Positions 10,750 to 21,068 are shown, counted from the stretch's first letter. The stretch: 64,000 nucleotides of DNA from an uncultured Candidatus Saccharibacteria bacterium (GCA_964512925.1 CAZEKH010000001.1:200226-264225); one strand, 5' to 3'. The notes: generated by a model not told the origin, from the letters alone. Program-made: numbers and translations.

Positions 10750-11973
10750 ATGGAAGAAATAAAGAAGCAAATTTTTGTAAAACGCCCTGTTTTAGGCGAG
10801 ATATACAAAAATTTTGGGCATTTGAAATTAGCGGAATACATCAGGTTATGGCAAATATCTCATATTGAGCCTGACCCGCTTTTTTTAACTGTATTAAATA
10901 GCAAAGCCAACGGGCTTTACGGAGCTGAAATCGCTCAAAAGCTAACTGAGCAAATCAAGAGTCGTCCTATTGTTTCAACCGTTGATCATTTGGGCATCTG
11001 GGGGCATCCGATTTTTGTTAACGCTACAACAATTTTTTCTTTGGCTTTTAAGCAGGACGAGCTAGTTCCAGTCCTTGCAACTGAAAGTGTTTCTTTAAAC
11101 AATACCAGCTCATGGTCGGGGAGTGTTTTAAATCGTCAGGAAGATGGTAAGTTGGTGAGGCACTCCTTTTTTCCTGACAGGCAAAAAACACTGCCTGTGT
11201 TTTCCTGCCCGGAGGTTTCAGAGGAAAGGTATAGCAAAATTTTACAAAAAATTCAGCCCCGCTTTTTACCGGAGAGGCTGCCTGAAGAAAACAATTTTTC
11301 TTCCCAGGCTTGTCTTTTAAGTAGTCATATATGTCAGCAAGTGTTTCCTTCTGCGCCAAAACTGGCATATCTCCCATTGGAGAGCATTGTGGGGGAGTAT
11401 CTAGAGAAGGTTATAAAAGACAAAAATCATCCCATCGCAAAAATCATCATATCCAGCAAAGGGTATGAACTTTGGCAAAAGCATTTCTCCAGCGAACACA
11501 CTTTTTTGTTTTGGGGAATAGATCAAAAGGGGAGAAGAGATAAAATTGAAAAAGAGAAGTATATTGAAATATTGGACAAAAACCAATTGGCGGAACTTTT
11601 GGAACAAAGAAAAATTTATGCTTCAAGCCCGTTGTGCTTTTTAGTTTTGCTCTACTCCGGCCTTACTTGCGCGGGCGGGTTTACCCAGACAACCTGGCTT
11701 TCGGATACCAAAGAAAAAATTATTGAAATCTTTCAAGAAATGGGGGAGAGTGATGCTTTAAATAATATCAATAATATGCCGACAAAAAATTTCGCAGAAA
11801 GTCTTTTGGCAAGCCTTGGAACAGAAGGAGAGCAATATATTCCAACCGCGCTTGATTTGTTTAACTCAGGTAAGGACTGGTACCCGGAGTTTAAAGCCAA
11901 AGCAGAAATGATTAGCTTGAAAGAATCCATAGATACCTTTTTGCCAGAGATATATAAAGTGGTGTGTGGTTAG
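10750..11973 (+). CDS. Hypothetical protein
   Basis: 407-aa ORF; family not recognised. Confidence 0.7.
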   Translation: MEEIKKQIFVKRPVLGEIYKNFGHLKLAEYIRLWQISHIEPDPLFLTVLNSKANGLYGAEIAQKLTEQIKSRPIVSTVDHLGIWGHPIFVNATTIFSLAFKQDELVPVLATESVSLNNTSSWSGSVLNRQEDGKLVRHSFFPDRQKTLPVFSCPEVSEERYSKILQKIQPRFLPERLPEENNFSSQACLLSSHICQQVFPSAPKLAYLPLESIVGEYLEKVIKDKNHPIAKIIISSKGYELWQKHFSSEHTFLFWGIDQKGRRDKIEKEKYIEILDKNQLAELLEQRKIYASSPLCFLVLLYSGLTCAGGFTQTTWLSDTKEKIIEIFQEMGESDALNNINNMPTKNFAESLLASLGTEGEQYIPTALDLFNSGKDWYPEFKAKAEMISLKESIDTFLPEIYKVVCG

Positions 11974-12098
11974 GTAAAACCCTTTCGGCTATTGGAGAGC
12001 TGCCCGCCGTGGCTGTTCGGGCGGGAATCCTTTATATTTATTACAATTGTTGTAACCTCACCCCAACCCTCTCCCATATGGGAGAGGGGGAGGTTGGT

Positions 12099-12296
12099 TT
12101 GACAACTTTTATTTTCCTGTTAAACTATATTTATATATGAAGTATATAATCTTAAATTCCTATTGGTTTTGGTTTACCCGCTCGTTTGAGCTTGGGAATT
12201 TTGGGTTATGTTCAAAGTACTGATATTTGATATACTGATGATCTACTAAACTAACCCCAAACTTCCGGACTCAAGCTGATGTCCGGGTTTTTTTAT
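12099..12296 (+). promoter_or_regulatory. Candidate transcription attenuator with leader peptide
   Basis: TTGACA..TAAACT promoter; leader ORF 12137-12223; mutually exclusive helices; terminator CCGGAC-loop-GTCCGG followed by a U-run. Confidence 0.55.
12137..12223 (+). CDS. Putative 28-aa leader peptide MKYIILNSYWFWFTRSFELGNFGLCSKY
   Basis: ATG close to the predicted TSS; consecutive Tyr-Trp-Phe-Trp-Phe codons overlap helix 1. Confidence 0.45.
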   Translation: MKYIILNSYWFWFTRSFELGNFGLCSKY

Positions 12297-12317
12297 TTTT
12301 GCTTTAGGAGGTAGTAA

Positions 12318-12491
12318 ATGCAAAAGGAACTTCGATGCACAAAAGGTCACCTGTTGGTGACCAGAGAATCTGCGGCTGGCATTGAAGCCAGTTGCCCAAC
12401 CTGTCAAATTGAATTAACCCATATTAGCATATTATTGAAAGCTAATGAGGCTGTATGGGCACAAAAGGAGGAAACCTCAACCGCTGTTTAA
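12318..12491 (+). CDS. 57-aa zinc-ribbon protein (CxxxH...CxxC), not in the ORF track
   Basis: SD TAGGAGG; MQKELRCTKGHLL...IEASCPTCQ. Confidence 0.65.
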   Translation: MQKELRCTKGHLLVTRESAAGIEASCPTCQIELTHISILLKANEAVWAQKEETSTAV

Positions 12492-12534
12492 GTTTTGGTT
12501 TTGTCAGGGCGAGGAATTTGAGTTTTCTTACTAT

Positions 12535-12596
12535 GTCATTCCGGCCATCGAGCCGGAATCTATGTACCTGGATCCTGGATCAAGTCCGGGATGACA
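12535..12596. repeat. GTCATTCC/GTCATCCC...GGATGAC palindromic repeat family; related copies ~33652-33699, 38740-38785, 46526-46684, 47448-47496, 60886-60968
   Basis: Shared terminal GTCAT/ATGAC and GGATCCTGGATCAAGTCC-like hairpins. Confidence 0.75.
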
Positions 12597-12899
12597 TAAA
12601 TAATAGACCATTTTCCTGACCCTGAATAAAAGGGCGAGATTGAGAAAGGAGGAGTGTCATGCGATGGCCTGATGCCACTGGTTGGGGAAATTGATCAAAA
12701 TGATCCGCTTGTAGCCAGAGGGGCGAAGTGCTTTGGCTGGCCGAGATTTATTCTCGGCCTTTTTTTATTGGACATTTTCAGCTATAATTATATAAATAAA
12801 AAAAATGATGAAAATGAGCATAAATGATAAAAATTGTAGGATTTTTGCATTTAATTTTTGTCATTTGTTTAATTTTTGATCATTCTTGTCATTCATATT

Positions 12900-13616
12900 A
12901 TGTCTCTCATACAAATCAAAAATCTGACCAAAGATTATATAAACGAAGACGTGGTAACATCGGTACTTCACGGGATGACTTTTAACATAGAAAAAGGCGA
13001 GTTTGTCGCGATAATGGGCCCTTCCGGTAGCGGTAAGTCCACGCTTATGCACATTCTTAGTTTTTTAGACAGGCTTTCAGGAGGGGAGTATTTTTTTGAA
13101 GGACAGGACACAAGAAATTTCGAAGACGAGTATTTGTCTACTTTGAGAAACGAAAAAGTGGGATTTGTGTTTCAGTCTTTCAATCTGCTGCCTAGAACTA
13201 CAGTTTTAGACAATGTTAAACTACCACTTTTGTATTCAGATCTCAAAAATCACGACGAACTGGCAAAAAAAGCTTTGGACTCAGTCGGACTCTCACATAG
13301 AATGGAATTTTTTACTAACCAGATATCTGGTGGGGAAAAACAAAGAGTAGCCATAGCCAGGGCTTTGGTTTGTAACCCTTCTGTGCTTTTTGCAGACGAA
13401 CCTACCGGCAACTTGGACTCAAAAAGCGGCAACACGGTAATGCAAATTTTGCAAAAACTTAATAACGAAGGCAGAACAATCATACTTGTCACCCACGAGC
13501 AGGACACAGCTAATCACGCTAAAAGAATTATACGAGTAAAAGATGGACTTGTTGCCTCAGATGAGCAAGTCAAGCAAAGGACTATTGCTAGTGGAGACAA
13601 GGAGCTGCTTAAATAG
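12900..13616 (+). CDS. ABC transporter ATP-binding protein (MacB/LolD family)
   Basis: GPSGSGKST, ISGGEKQRVAIARAL, ADEPTGNLD. Confidence 0.95.
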   Translation: MSLIQIKNLTKDYINEDVVTSVLHGMTFNIEKGEFVAIMGPSGSGKSTLMHILSFLDRLSGGEYFFEGQDTRNFEDEYLSTLRNEKVGFVFQSFNLLPRTTVLDNVKLPLLYSDLKNHDELAKKALDSVGLSHRMEFFTNQISGGEKQRVAIARALVCNPSVLFADEPTGNLDSKSGNTVMQILQKLNNEGRTIILVTHEQDTANHAKRIIRVKDGLVASDEQVKQRTIASGDKELLK

Positions 13617-13651
13617 TATTAAGTATGTTGTATAAAGTATTTTGCGATAAG

Positions 13652-13720
13652 ACTCCTTCTCCGATACCTGCCCGTCCGGCAGGCGGGTCGGAGAGGGTTG
13701 GGGTGAGGTAATAAAGTTTG
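13652..13720. repeat. Composite palindromic repeat (CCCTCTCC family with nested CCTGCCCGTCCGGCAGG); near-identical inverted copy at ~18372-18440
   Basis: Direct sequence comparison. Confidence 0.85.
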
Positions 13721-13885
13721 AATATCAAACCAACTTTAGATTATTACAATTGTTAATATATCATTGTCGTCAATTGCTTTAGATTTCAAGAATATGTTAT
13801 CCATTTGCTGAATATATAGTAGAAAAAAAGAAGACCGGCATCGAGGAGCGATGCCGGCGGATGTTCCGGGCGCATCACGCACTGG

Positions 13886-14083
13886 TTAGTGCGTGATGCG
13901 CCACACGATCCCCGCGAGGGTTTTGGTTATCGGGAGGAATGCCTCCCGAATTAGTCCCCCCCAGGGACCCCAAAGTGCTACAATCACGAACGCCACGGCT
14001 GCAAGCAGCCACATGTGTTCGATGATCGCATTTGCTTTCCGGTCGTGCCGGAAAGCGGAAAAAACGGAATGAAACGATGTCAT
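13886..14083 (-). CDS. Flp/Fap pilin-like small protein (65 aa)
   Basis: FSAFRHDRKANAIIEHMWLLAAVAFVIVAL resembles the Flp pattern F..D..G...IEY plus TM; purine-rich leader; downstream hairpin. Confidence 0.5.
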   Translation of the reverse strand: MTSFHSVFSAFRHDRKANAIIEHMWLLAAVAFVIVALWGPWGGLIREAFLPITKTLAGIVWRITH

Positions 14084-14188
14084 CTCTCTCTCTTTTCTAG
14101 AAACCCACACAACGGTGTTGCTAGGAGAGAGGAGATGAACTGCGAAGATAACTTTAGAAATTATAACATACATTAACTATACTGTCAA

Positions 14189-15454
14189 GTGAATTTTATT
14201 AGCACAATTAGGCTGGTTATAAGGGGGCTTTTGGCAAGAAAAGGCCGGTCGTTTTTGACGATTTTAGGTATTGTGATTGGAGTTGCCGGGGTGGTGGTTA
14301 TCATTGCTTTGGGCGCTGGCGCTCAGAGTTTGGTGTTAGGGCAGGTGTCTAAATTGGGCAGTAATATAGTTGGGATTTTACCAGGCAAGAGCAATGAAAC
14401 CGGACCGCCGGCAGCTGTGTTTGGCATACAAATAAAAACTTTGACCCTGGAAGACGCGGAAGCTATAAAAAAAAGCGGACGCGTGCCAAATGTGTCAGCA
14501 GTAGCCGGGTTTGCCCGCGGCCAGGGGACAGTAGTTTTTCAGGATAAAAATGTCGACACTTTTTATACTGGCGCTCAGGCGTCGGTAGTTAACATTCAAA
14601 ATATAGAAATGGAAGCCGGTAGATTTTTTACCGAGGAAGAGGAAAAAGGCGGGGCGCAGGTTGTAGTTTTGGGTTTTAGCGTTAAAGAGCAGTTGTTCGG
14701 TAGCGAGGACGTTTTAGGTAAGGCCATAAAAATTTCAGTAACCAGAGGCGACCAGACTTTTTCCGTACCGGCTATGGTGATAGGCACCATAAAAAAACAA
14801 GGCACAGTGGCTTTTCAAAACCAGGATGACCAGGTCTATATTCCCCTAAGCATTGCCCAAAAGCAACTTTTGGGTATCTCGCATTTGCAGTTTATCCGCG
14901 CCAAAGTTGTGGGAGAAGAAAACATTAAGTCCGTTATGGCTGACATCAAACAGCTTTTGATGGAGAGGCATAAAATCAAAACCGAAGACGAAGTGGATTT
15001 TTCTGTTCGGGACTTGGCTGACGCTCTCAAGCTTCTTTCCGGCATCACTGACGGGATGCGGATGTTTTTGACTTTGATGGCGGCGATTTCGCTGATAGTC
15101 GGAGGAATAGGGATTATGAACATAATGCTGGTAACCGTGGCAGAAAGAACCAGAGAGATTGGTTTAAGAAAAGCAGTGGGCGCCACAGCGAGGGACATAA
15201 GAAATCAGTTTTTACTTGAATCCTCTTTGGTTACTTTGCTCGGAGGTGTGATTGGTATTGTTTTAGGGGCATTCTTGGCTTACCTGGCAGCGTTAGGCGC
15301 GCGTTATGCGGGCTACGACTGGGCCTATGTGGTTTCGCTTGGTTCTATAGCTATGGCTGTGGGAGTTTCAATTTTAACCGGAATGGTTTTTGGGCTTTAC
15401 CCGGCCTTAAAAGCGTCAAAATTAGACCCAATAGAAGCTTTGAGATATGAGTGA
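14189..15454 (+). CDS. ABC transporter permease (MacB/FtsX family)
   Basis: RSFLTILGIVIGVA, GGIGIMNIMLVTVAERTREIGLRKAVGA, DPIEALRYE. Confidence 0.95.
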   Translation: MNFISTIRLVIRGLLARKGRSFLTILGIVIGVAGVVVIIALGAGAQSLVLGQVSKLGSNIVGILPGKSNETGPPAAVFGIQIKTLTLEDAEAIKKSGRVPNVSAVAGFARGQGTVVFQDKNVDTFYTGAQASVVNIQNIEMEAGRFFTEEEEKGGAQVVVLGFSVKEQLFGSEDVLGKAIKISVTRGDQTFSVPAMVIGTIKKQGTVAFQNQDDQVYIPLSIAQKQLLGISHLQFIRAKVVGEENIKSVMADIKQLLMERHKIKTEDEVDFSVRDLADALKLLSGITDGMRMFLTLMAAISLIVGGIGIMNIMLVTVAERTREIGLRKAVGATARDIRNQFLLESSLVTLLGGVIGIVLGAFLAYLAALGARYAGYDWAYVVSLGSIAMAVGVSILTGMVFGLYPALKASKLDPIEALRYE

Positions 15455-15571
15455 GAAAATTTCTAATTACCTAATTCTGAATTAACCTAATTAAATCCCA
15501 AAATAAAACGATTTAAATAAATATGTGTATTATTAGAAATGAGAATAATTAGTTTAATAGAATAATTTGCT

Positions 15572-16831
15572 ATGCTCGTCGCTTTACAACAATCTATCAA
15601 AACACTTAGAAGCAACCTGGTACGCACTGCCCTGACGACTCTTGGCATTGTAATTGGCATTGCTTCGGTGGTGATGGTGCTGTCGGCAGGGGCGGGTTTT
15701 AAGTCGTACATAAATTCCCAGGTTTCCGCTTTTGGCAGCAATTTTATTACCGTGGAAACACGGGTGCCTCCTACAACTAAAAATCGGGCATCTGGTTCTT
15801 CCGGCGGTTCGCAGTCAAATTCGGCGAGTCAGGCGGTCGGCATAACCACTTTAAAGCAAAAAGATGTGGATGAAATTTCCAGGCTGCCAAATATTTCCGG
15901 AGCTTACGGCGCAGTGATCGGCCAGAAGATTGTTTCCTACAAAGCGGTGAGTAAAAATTCATTTGTGTTTGGAGCAAATGCGTAAAGATTTTCCATTGAT
16001 AGGGGAGTTTTGGCTAAAGGCAGGCCTTATAGCGAGATTGAGGATAGAGCGGCTGATCAGGTTGCAGTTTTGGGCGCGGATATCGCAATAGATCTTTTTG
16101 GTCAGGAAGACCCGCTAGGAAAGACCGTCAGGGTCGGTGAATATAATTTTTTAGTCATAGGGGTATATGAAAGAAGGGGTAGTTTTGGTTTTTCCAACGA
16201 CGACCAGCAAGTTTTTGTGCCGCTCAAGACAGCCCAAAAAAAACTTTTAGGAATTGATCATTTATTTTATGTCTTGGCGCAGGCCAAGGATCCTGCACAA
16301 GCAGAGGCCACTGCCGAAGATATGAGGTATATACTCAGGCAGAATCACGATATACAAGATCCTGCAAAAGATGATTTTGCGGTGCAAACCCAGGCGCAGG
16401 GACTGGAAACATTTGATCAAATCTTAAAAGGTATTACTTTTTTGCTCATTGCTGTGGCAGCGATTTCACTTTTGGTGGGCGGGGTGGGTATTATGAACAT
16501 AATGTATGTGGCGGTGACTGAAAGGATTGCTGAGATTGGGCTGAAAAAAAGCGTGGGCGCCAAAGAAAAAGATATTTTAGCTGAGTTTTTAACCGAAGCC
16601 GTGATCCTGACTGTTTTGGGGGGTGTTTTAGGTATACTTTTGGGAGCTCTACTATCTTATGGTGTAGCTTTGGGAGCTAGGGCTTTTGGTTTTGCCTGGG
16701 ATTTTTCAGTGCCAGCGTCTGGCGTGTTTTTGGGCTTGGGTGTTTCTACGGTAATCGGTTTGTTGTTTGGAGTTTTTCCGGCCAGGACTGCTGCAAAGAT
16801 GCAGCCTATCGATGCCCTCAGGAGCGAGTAA
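15572..16831 (+). pseudogene. Second MacB-family permease interrupted by an in-frame TAA at 15983-15985
   Basis: ORFs 15572-15985 and 16010-16831 share one frame and together give a full-length paralog. Confidence 0.8.
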
Positions 16832-16943
16832 AATAATCGATGATTGCAGATTAAATGATTTAACATTTGTTATGTATTATAATTACATTATAAGCTTTGA
16901 AAAGTTTTGCGCAAAAAATCAATCTAAAATCAAATAAATTTTT

Positions 16944-18176
16944 ATGAAAACAATTGTTATAGTCGGCGGGGGCTTTGCCGGGATTAATTGCGCCTTAGCT
17001 TTGGATAAAAACTTAAGTAAAGACGAAAGAGCGGAAATTTTGCTTTTAGACCGGCGGGATTATCATTTATTTACTCCGAATTTATATGAAATTGCCGCTG
17101 CGGACGAAGAATTTGTTTCAGTCGATGGTTTGAAAAAAAGCATTGCCTTGCCTTATGAAGAAATTTTTCAGGGCACTCAGGTAAAGTTTGCCCAGGGTGA
17201 AGTTTCAGACATGGATATAGTTAACAAAACTTTAAAATGTGGAATTCGGAAAATCAGTTTTGATTTTTTGGCGCTTACCGGCGGGTCGGAAAGTTTTGAT
17301 TTTGGCATTGATGGAGCCAAAGAGTATGCGTTGCCTTTAAAAACCTTGAAAGACGCGCTTCGTATCCGCAATGCTTTGAGTTTTGCTATAGAGCGAAGAA
17401 AAAGTGAAAATCCTTTGCCGGTTTTGAGGTTTGTGGTGGCTGGAGGCGGATATAGTGGGGTGGAAACCGCAGGTGAGTTGAGCGAACTTTCGGAAATTTT
17501 GGCTTGGAAGTACAGTTATCCTATAGAAAAGATTGAGATTTTAGTTTTAGAGGCGTCGAATGAATTGGTGTCTGGGTTTGACAAAAGGTTTAGCCAAGAT
17601 GCTTTGGCTAGGCTGAAGAATTTGGGAGTTAAAGTTTTGCTTAACGCTAAAATTTGCAAGATTGATCAAAATTTGGTTTATTTGCTTGGCGGGGAAGCGG
17701 TGCATTATGACGCGCTAGTTTGGACAGTTGGGGTTAAGGCGGTTAAACTGCCGGTTTTAGATACTCTGCCTATGGATGCGCGGGGCAGGATTTTGGCTGA
17801 TGAGCATTTAAAAGTTAAAACCAAGGCAAATATTTTTATAGCCGGCGATGTCGCGTCAGTTGCGGACAGTACAGGCAGGCCGGTTGTGCAGACTGCGCAA
17901 AACGCTATCCACCAGGGAAGGTTTTTAGGAGAAAATATTTACCGCGCAATGAAAAATTTGCCTCTTAAAGTTTACACGCCGAAAACCCACGGCTTTATAG
18001 CCTCGGTGGGCGGCAAGTGGGCAATTTTAAAATACGGCAATTTTTATTTAACTGGCATCATAGCCTACTTAGCCAACAAATTCGCTCACTTTAAATACTA
18101 TTGGGAAGTGGTTGGTTTTTGGAAAGCCTTTAAATACATTTGGCTCGAATGGGATGTTTATGGCAGAAATGATTAA
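16944..18176 (+). CDS. ndh: Type II NADH dehydrogenase-like FAD oxidoreductase
   Basis: IVIVGGGFAG, VVAGGGYSGVETAGEL, IFIAGD. Confidence 0.85.
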   Translation: MKTIVIVGGGFAGINCALALDKNLSKDERAEILLLDRRDYHLFTPNLYEIAAADEEFVSVDGLKKSIALPYEEIFQGTQVKFAQGEVSDMDIVNKTLKCGIRKISFDFLALTGGSESFDFGIDGAKEYALPLKTLKDALRIRNALSFAIERRKSENPLPVLRFVVAGGGYSGVETAGELSELSEILAWKYSYPIEKIEILVLEASNELVSGFDKRFSQDALARLKNLGVKVLLNAKICKIDQNLVYLLGGEAVHYDALVWTVGVKAVKLPVLDTLPMDARGRILADEHLKVKTKANIFIAGDVASVADSTGRPVVQTAQNAIHQGRFLGENIYRAMKNLPLKVYTPKTHGFIASVGGKWAILKYGNFYLTGIIAYLANKFAHFKYYWEVVGFWKAFKYIWLEWDVYGRND

Positions 18177-18258
18177 GAGAGTCTTTGATTTAAAGATTTA
18201 ATGATTGAAAATAAAATGATTGTTAACAGGAAATAATAAAAAAATAACTTATATTACA

Positions 18259-18291
18259 AAAACCTCGGAATATTCCGAGGTTTTTGTTTTT
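18259..18291 (+). terminator. Intrinsic terminator, probably bidirectional
   Basis: AAAACCTCGGAATATTCCGAGGTTTTT. Confidence 0.75.
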
Positions 18292-18440
18292 TAAAACCCT
18301 CTCCCATTTGGGAGAGGGGTAGGGGTGAGGTTACGATGAATGTAAAAATAACTAGAGTTTAATTAAAATTTGAACTTTATTACCTCACCCCCTAACCCTC
18401 TCCGACCCGCCTGCCGGACGGGCAGGTATAGGAGAGGGAG

Positions 18441-20795
18441 TTATTGAGCTTTCTTTTTACCATAAACCTTGCGAGGTTTTGGAGGGTTTTCCTTCCAGTG
18501 TTTTAGGGCTTCTTGGAGTTCTGCTTCACTTTCAGGTTTTTTGGACATTATAAAGTTGCAATCCGGAAAACGATTGCAGGCATAAAAGAGTTTACCGCGG
18601 CCGCGGGATTTTCTTTCTACCACATCGCCAGTTTGGCAATTGGGACATTTAAACCCGGTTTTGTTCCAAATTTTGCTGATGCCTTTGCATTTGGGGTAGT
18701 CAACACAGCCCAAGAAAAATCCAAACCGCCCTTTTTTGACTTTCATTTCTTTGCCGCAGATGGGGCAGACTTCGCCCTTGGTTTTTTCTTCCAAAGCTTT
18801 GATCTGGGCTTCTTCTTCCGGCATTGGCTTGGTGGTTTTGCACTCAGTATCTGGGCAGGCCATAAATTTACCGGTCCGGCCGAATTTGATGATCATCATT
18901 TTGCCGCATTTCGGACAGGGGATGGTGGTTACCTCAATCTGTTTTTCCACACTCGCTTCTTTTTCTTTCAGATGTTTTTTGAAAGGTCCGTAAAATTCGT
19001 GCATTACCTCGGTCCATTTCATTTTGCCTTCCGCTATCTGGTCAAATTCTTCTTCTATATGCGAAGTAAAGTTTATATCTACGATCTCAGGAAAATTTTC
19101 AACCAGCATATCGGTTACCAAAAACCCTTCTTCAGTGGGCTTGAATTTTTTTTCTTCCTTGGTTACATAACCGCGGACCTCTATGGTGGACAGTGTAGGA
19201 GCATAGGTTGAGGGTCTGCCAATGCCGTGGGCTTCCAGCGCTTTAACCAGGCTGGCGTCCGTATACCTGGCAGGGGCTTCAGTAAAATGCTGGAGCGGCA
19301 AAAGCTCGTGAAGTTTGAGTTTTTCTTGTTCTGACAGCTCAGGCAGCATACCTTCTATCTCATCTTCCGGTTTTTCATCCGACCCTTCGGTATAGGCGCG
19401 GATAAATCCGTCAAACTTTATGACTTGTCCGTTGGCGCGAAAGACATAATTATTGATCTGCTGATTTTCTGCTTGCCCTTCATAGCCTTGGCGAAGGAGG
19501 GATCTACTGGCAGGCTTGGCTTCTATATCCACCGCAGTTTGTTCCATCAACGCAGCCTGCATCTGACAAGCGATGGTTCGTTTCCAGATTAAGTCATAGA
19601 GCCGAAACTGCTGTCTGTCTAAATATTGTTTTAAATTTTCAGGTTTTCTTAAGACATCGGTTGGACGTATGGCTTCGTGCGCTTCCTGCGCGCCTTTAGA
19701 CTTGTTGGTAAAATGTCTGGGTTCAGACAGACCGTATTCTTTGCCGAATTCGGCAGAGATGACTTGGCCTATGGCAGTTAAAGCTGATTGAGCCAGGTTC
19801 AAACTGTCGGTACGCATATAGGTGATAAGTCCCTGGTGGCCTTCATCGCCAATATCAATTCCTTCATAGAGCTGTTGAGCTACCATCATTGTCTGTTTGG
19901 CTGACATACCGAGTTTGCGCGCCGCTTCTTGTTGGAGCGTGGAAGTGGTAAAAGGGGCGGATGGATTTCTTTTAACTTCTTTTTTGGTAATTTCAGAAAT
20001 TTGATAATTTGCGCCTTCAAGATCAGCGACAATTTTTTTGCCTTCAGTCTCAGACTTGATATCCATTTTGCCCACAGTTTTGTCGCCGATTTTGTGGAGT
20101 TTGGCTATGAAGGTTTTATAACTCCCCCCATCCCCCTCTTTAGTTAAAGAGGGGGTGCCGGAGGCGGGGGAGTTTTTGGATAGCTTTGCTTCTATGCTCC
20201 AATACTCTTCCGCAACGAATTTTTGGATTTCCCTTTCCCGTTCAACAACAAGCCTGACAGCCACTGACTGGACGCGTCCGGCTGAAAGACCATACCGGAT
20301 TTTTCGCCAAAGAAAAGGGGAGAGTTCATAACCTACAAGCCTGTCTAAAACCCGCCGAGCCTGTTGGGCGTCAACCAAGTTGATATCTATAGAGCGGGGG
20401 TTTTCTAAGGCGTGTTGGATGGCGGTTTTGGTAATCTCGTGGAAAACGATGCGTTGAATGTTTTTGACGGATGAGGTTTTGCCTTTAGTTTTATTGAGAT
20501 CCAGCGCTTCTATCAAATGCCAGGAGATACTTTCTCCTTCGCGGTCTTCGTCAGTGGCAAGGATGATTTCCTGGCTGTCCTTGGCCAGTTTTTTTAGTTT
20601 GGCAACAGTTTCTTTGGCTTTAGCTGGGATGGAGTAGGTGGGTTCAAAGTCGTGTTCAGTGTCCACGCCCATTTTGCTTTTTGGCAAGTCGCGTACGTGA
20701 CCAAAGCTGGCTTCTACTGTGTAGCCACTGCCTAAAAAACGCGAGATGGTTCTCGCTTTGGTCGGGGACTCGACGATGATAAGAGGCTTGGACAT
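18441..20795 (-). CDS. topA: DNA topoisomerase I with two palindromic in-frame insertions
   Basis: IVESPTKA, ATDEDREGE, SAGRVQS, GLITYMRTDS; C-terminal Zn fingers. Confidence 0.98.
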   Translation of the reverse strand: MSKPLIIVESPTKARTISRFLGSGYTVEASFGHVRDLPKSKMGVDTEHDFEPTYSIPAKAKETVAKLKKLAKDSQEIILATDEDREGESISWHLIEALDLNKTKGKTSSVKNIQRIVFHEITKTAIQHALENPRSIDINLVDAQQARRVLDRLVGYELSPFLWRKIRYGLSAGRVQSVAVRLVVEREREIQKFVAEEYWSIEAKLSKNSPASGTPSLTKEGDGGSYKTFIAKLHKIGDKTVGKMDIKSETEGKKIVADLEGANYQISEITKKEVKRNPSAPFTTSTLQQEAARKLGMSAKQTMMVAQQLYEGIDIGDEGHQGLITYMRTDSLNLAQSALTAIGQVISAEFGKEYGLSEPRHFTNKSKGAQEAHEAIRPTDVLRKPENLKQYLDRQQFRLYDLIWKRTIACQMQAALMEQTAVDIEAKPASRSLLRQGYEGQAENQQINNYVFRANGQVIKFDGFIRAYTEGSDEKPEDEIEGMLPELSEQEKLKLHELLPLQHFTEAPARYTDASLVKALEAHGIGRPSTYAPTLSTIEVRGYVTKEEKKFKPTEEGFLVTDMLVENFPEIVDINFTSHIEEEFDQIAEGKMKWTEVMHEFYGPFKKHLKEKEASVEKQIEVTTIPCPKCGKMMIIKFGRTGKFMACPDTECKTTKPMPEEEAQIKALEEKTKGEVCPICGKEMKVKKGRFGFFLGCVDYPKCKGISKIWNKTGFKCPNCQTGDVVERKSRGRGKLFYACNRFPDCNFIMSKKPESEAELQEALKHWKENPPKPRKVYGKKKAQ

Positions 20796-20984
20796 TAAAT
20801 AATTTTTAAGATTGATGATTTAAGATTTATTGACTGTCTGTCAATGAGTTAGAGTTTAACTTCAAAAAAAAAGATTGTCAAACTGGCTACAAATACTTTA
20901 TAGAGATCTACCAATACCTACAAATAAAATCTGCTTGATTTTTTATAGAAATTTATATATTTTATCTTGAAAGAAGGAGGAGTG

Positions 20985-21068
20985 ATGAAATACATTCACT
21001 TCTTGTATTTTTTGATGATTGATCTTTGCACTCTTTTTTGGTGCTGGATCAAAACCCTGAAACGTTAG
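20985..21068 (+). CDS. 27-aa hydrophobic micro-protein MKYIHFLYFLMIDLCTLFWCWIKTLKR
   Basis: SD AAGGAGGAG; GC hairpin plus U-run directly after the stop. Confidence 0.45.
   Translation: MKYIHFLYFLMIDLCTLFWCWIKTLKR

Noticed and set aside
15983-15985. Alternative genetic code
   Set aside because: TAA, TAG and TGA all end conserved genes at the expected positions in this window
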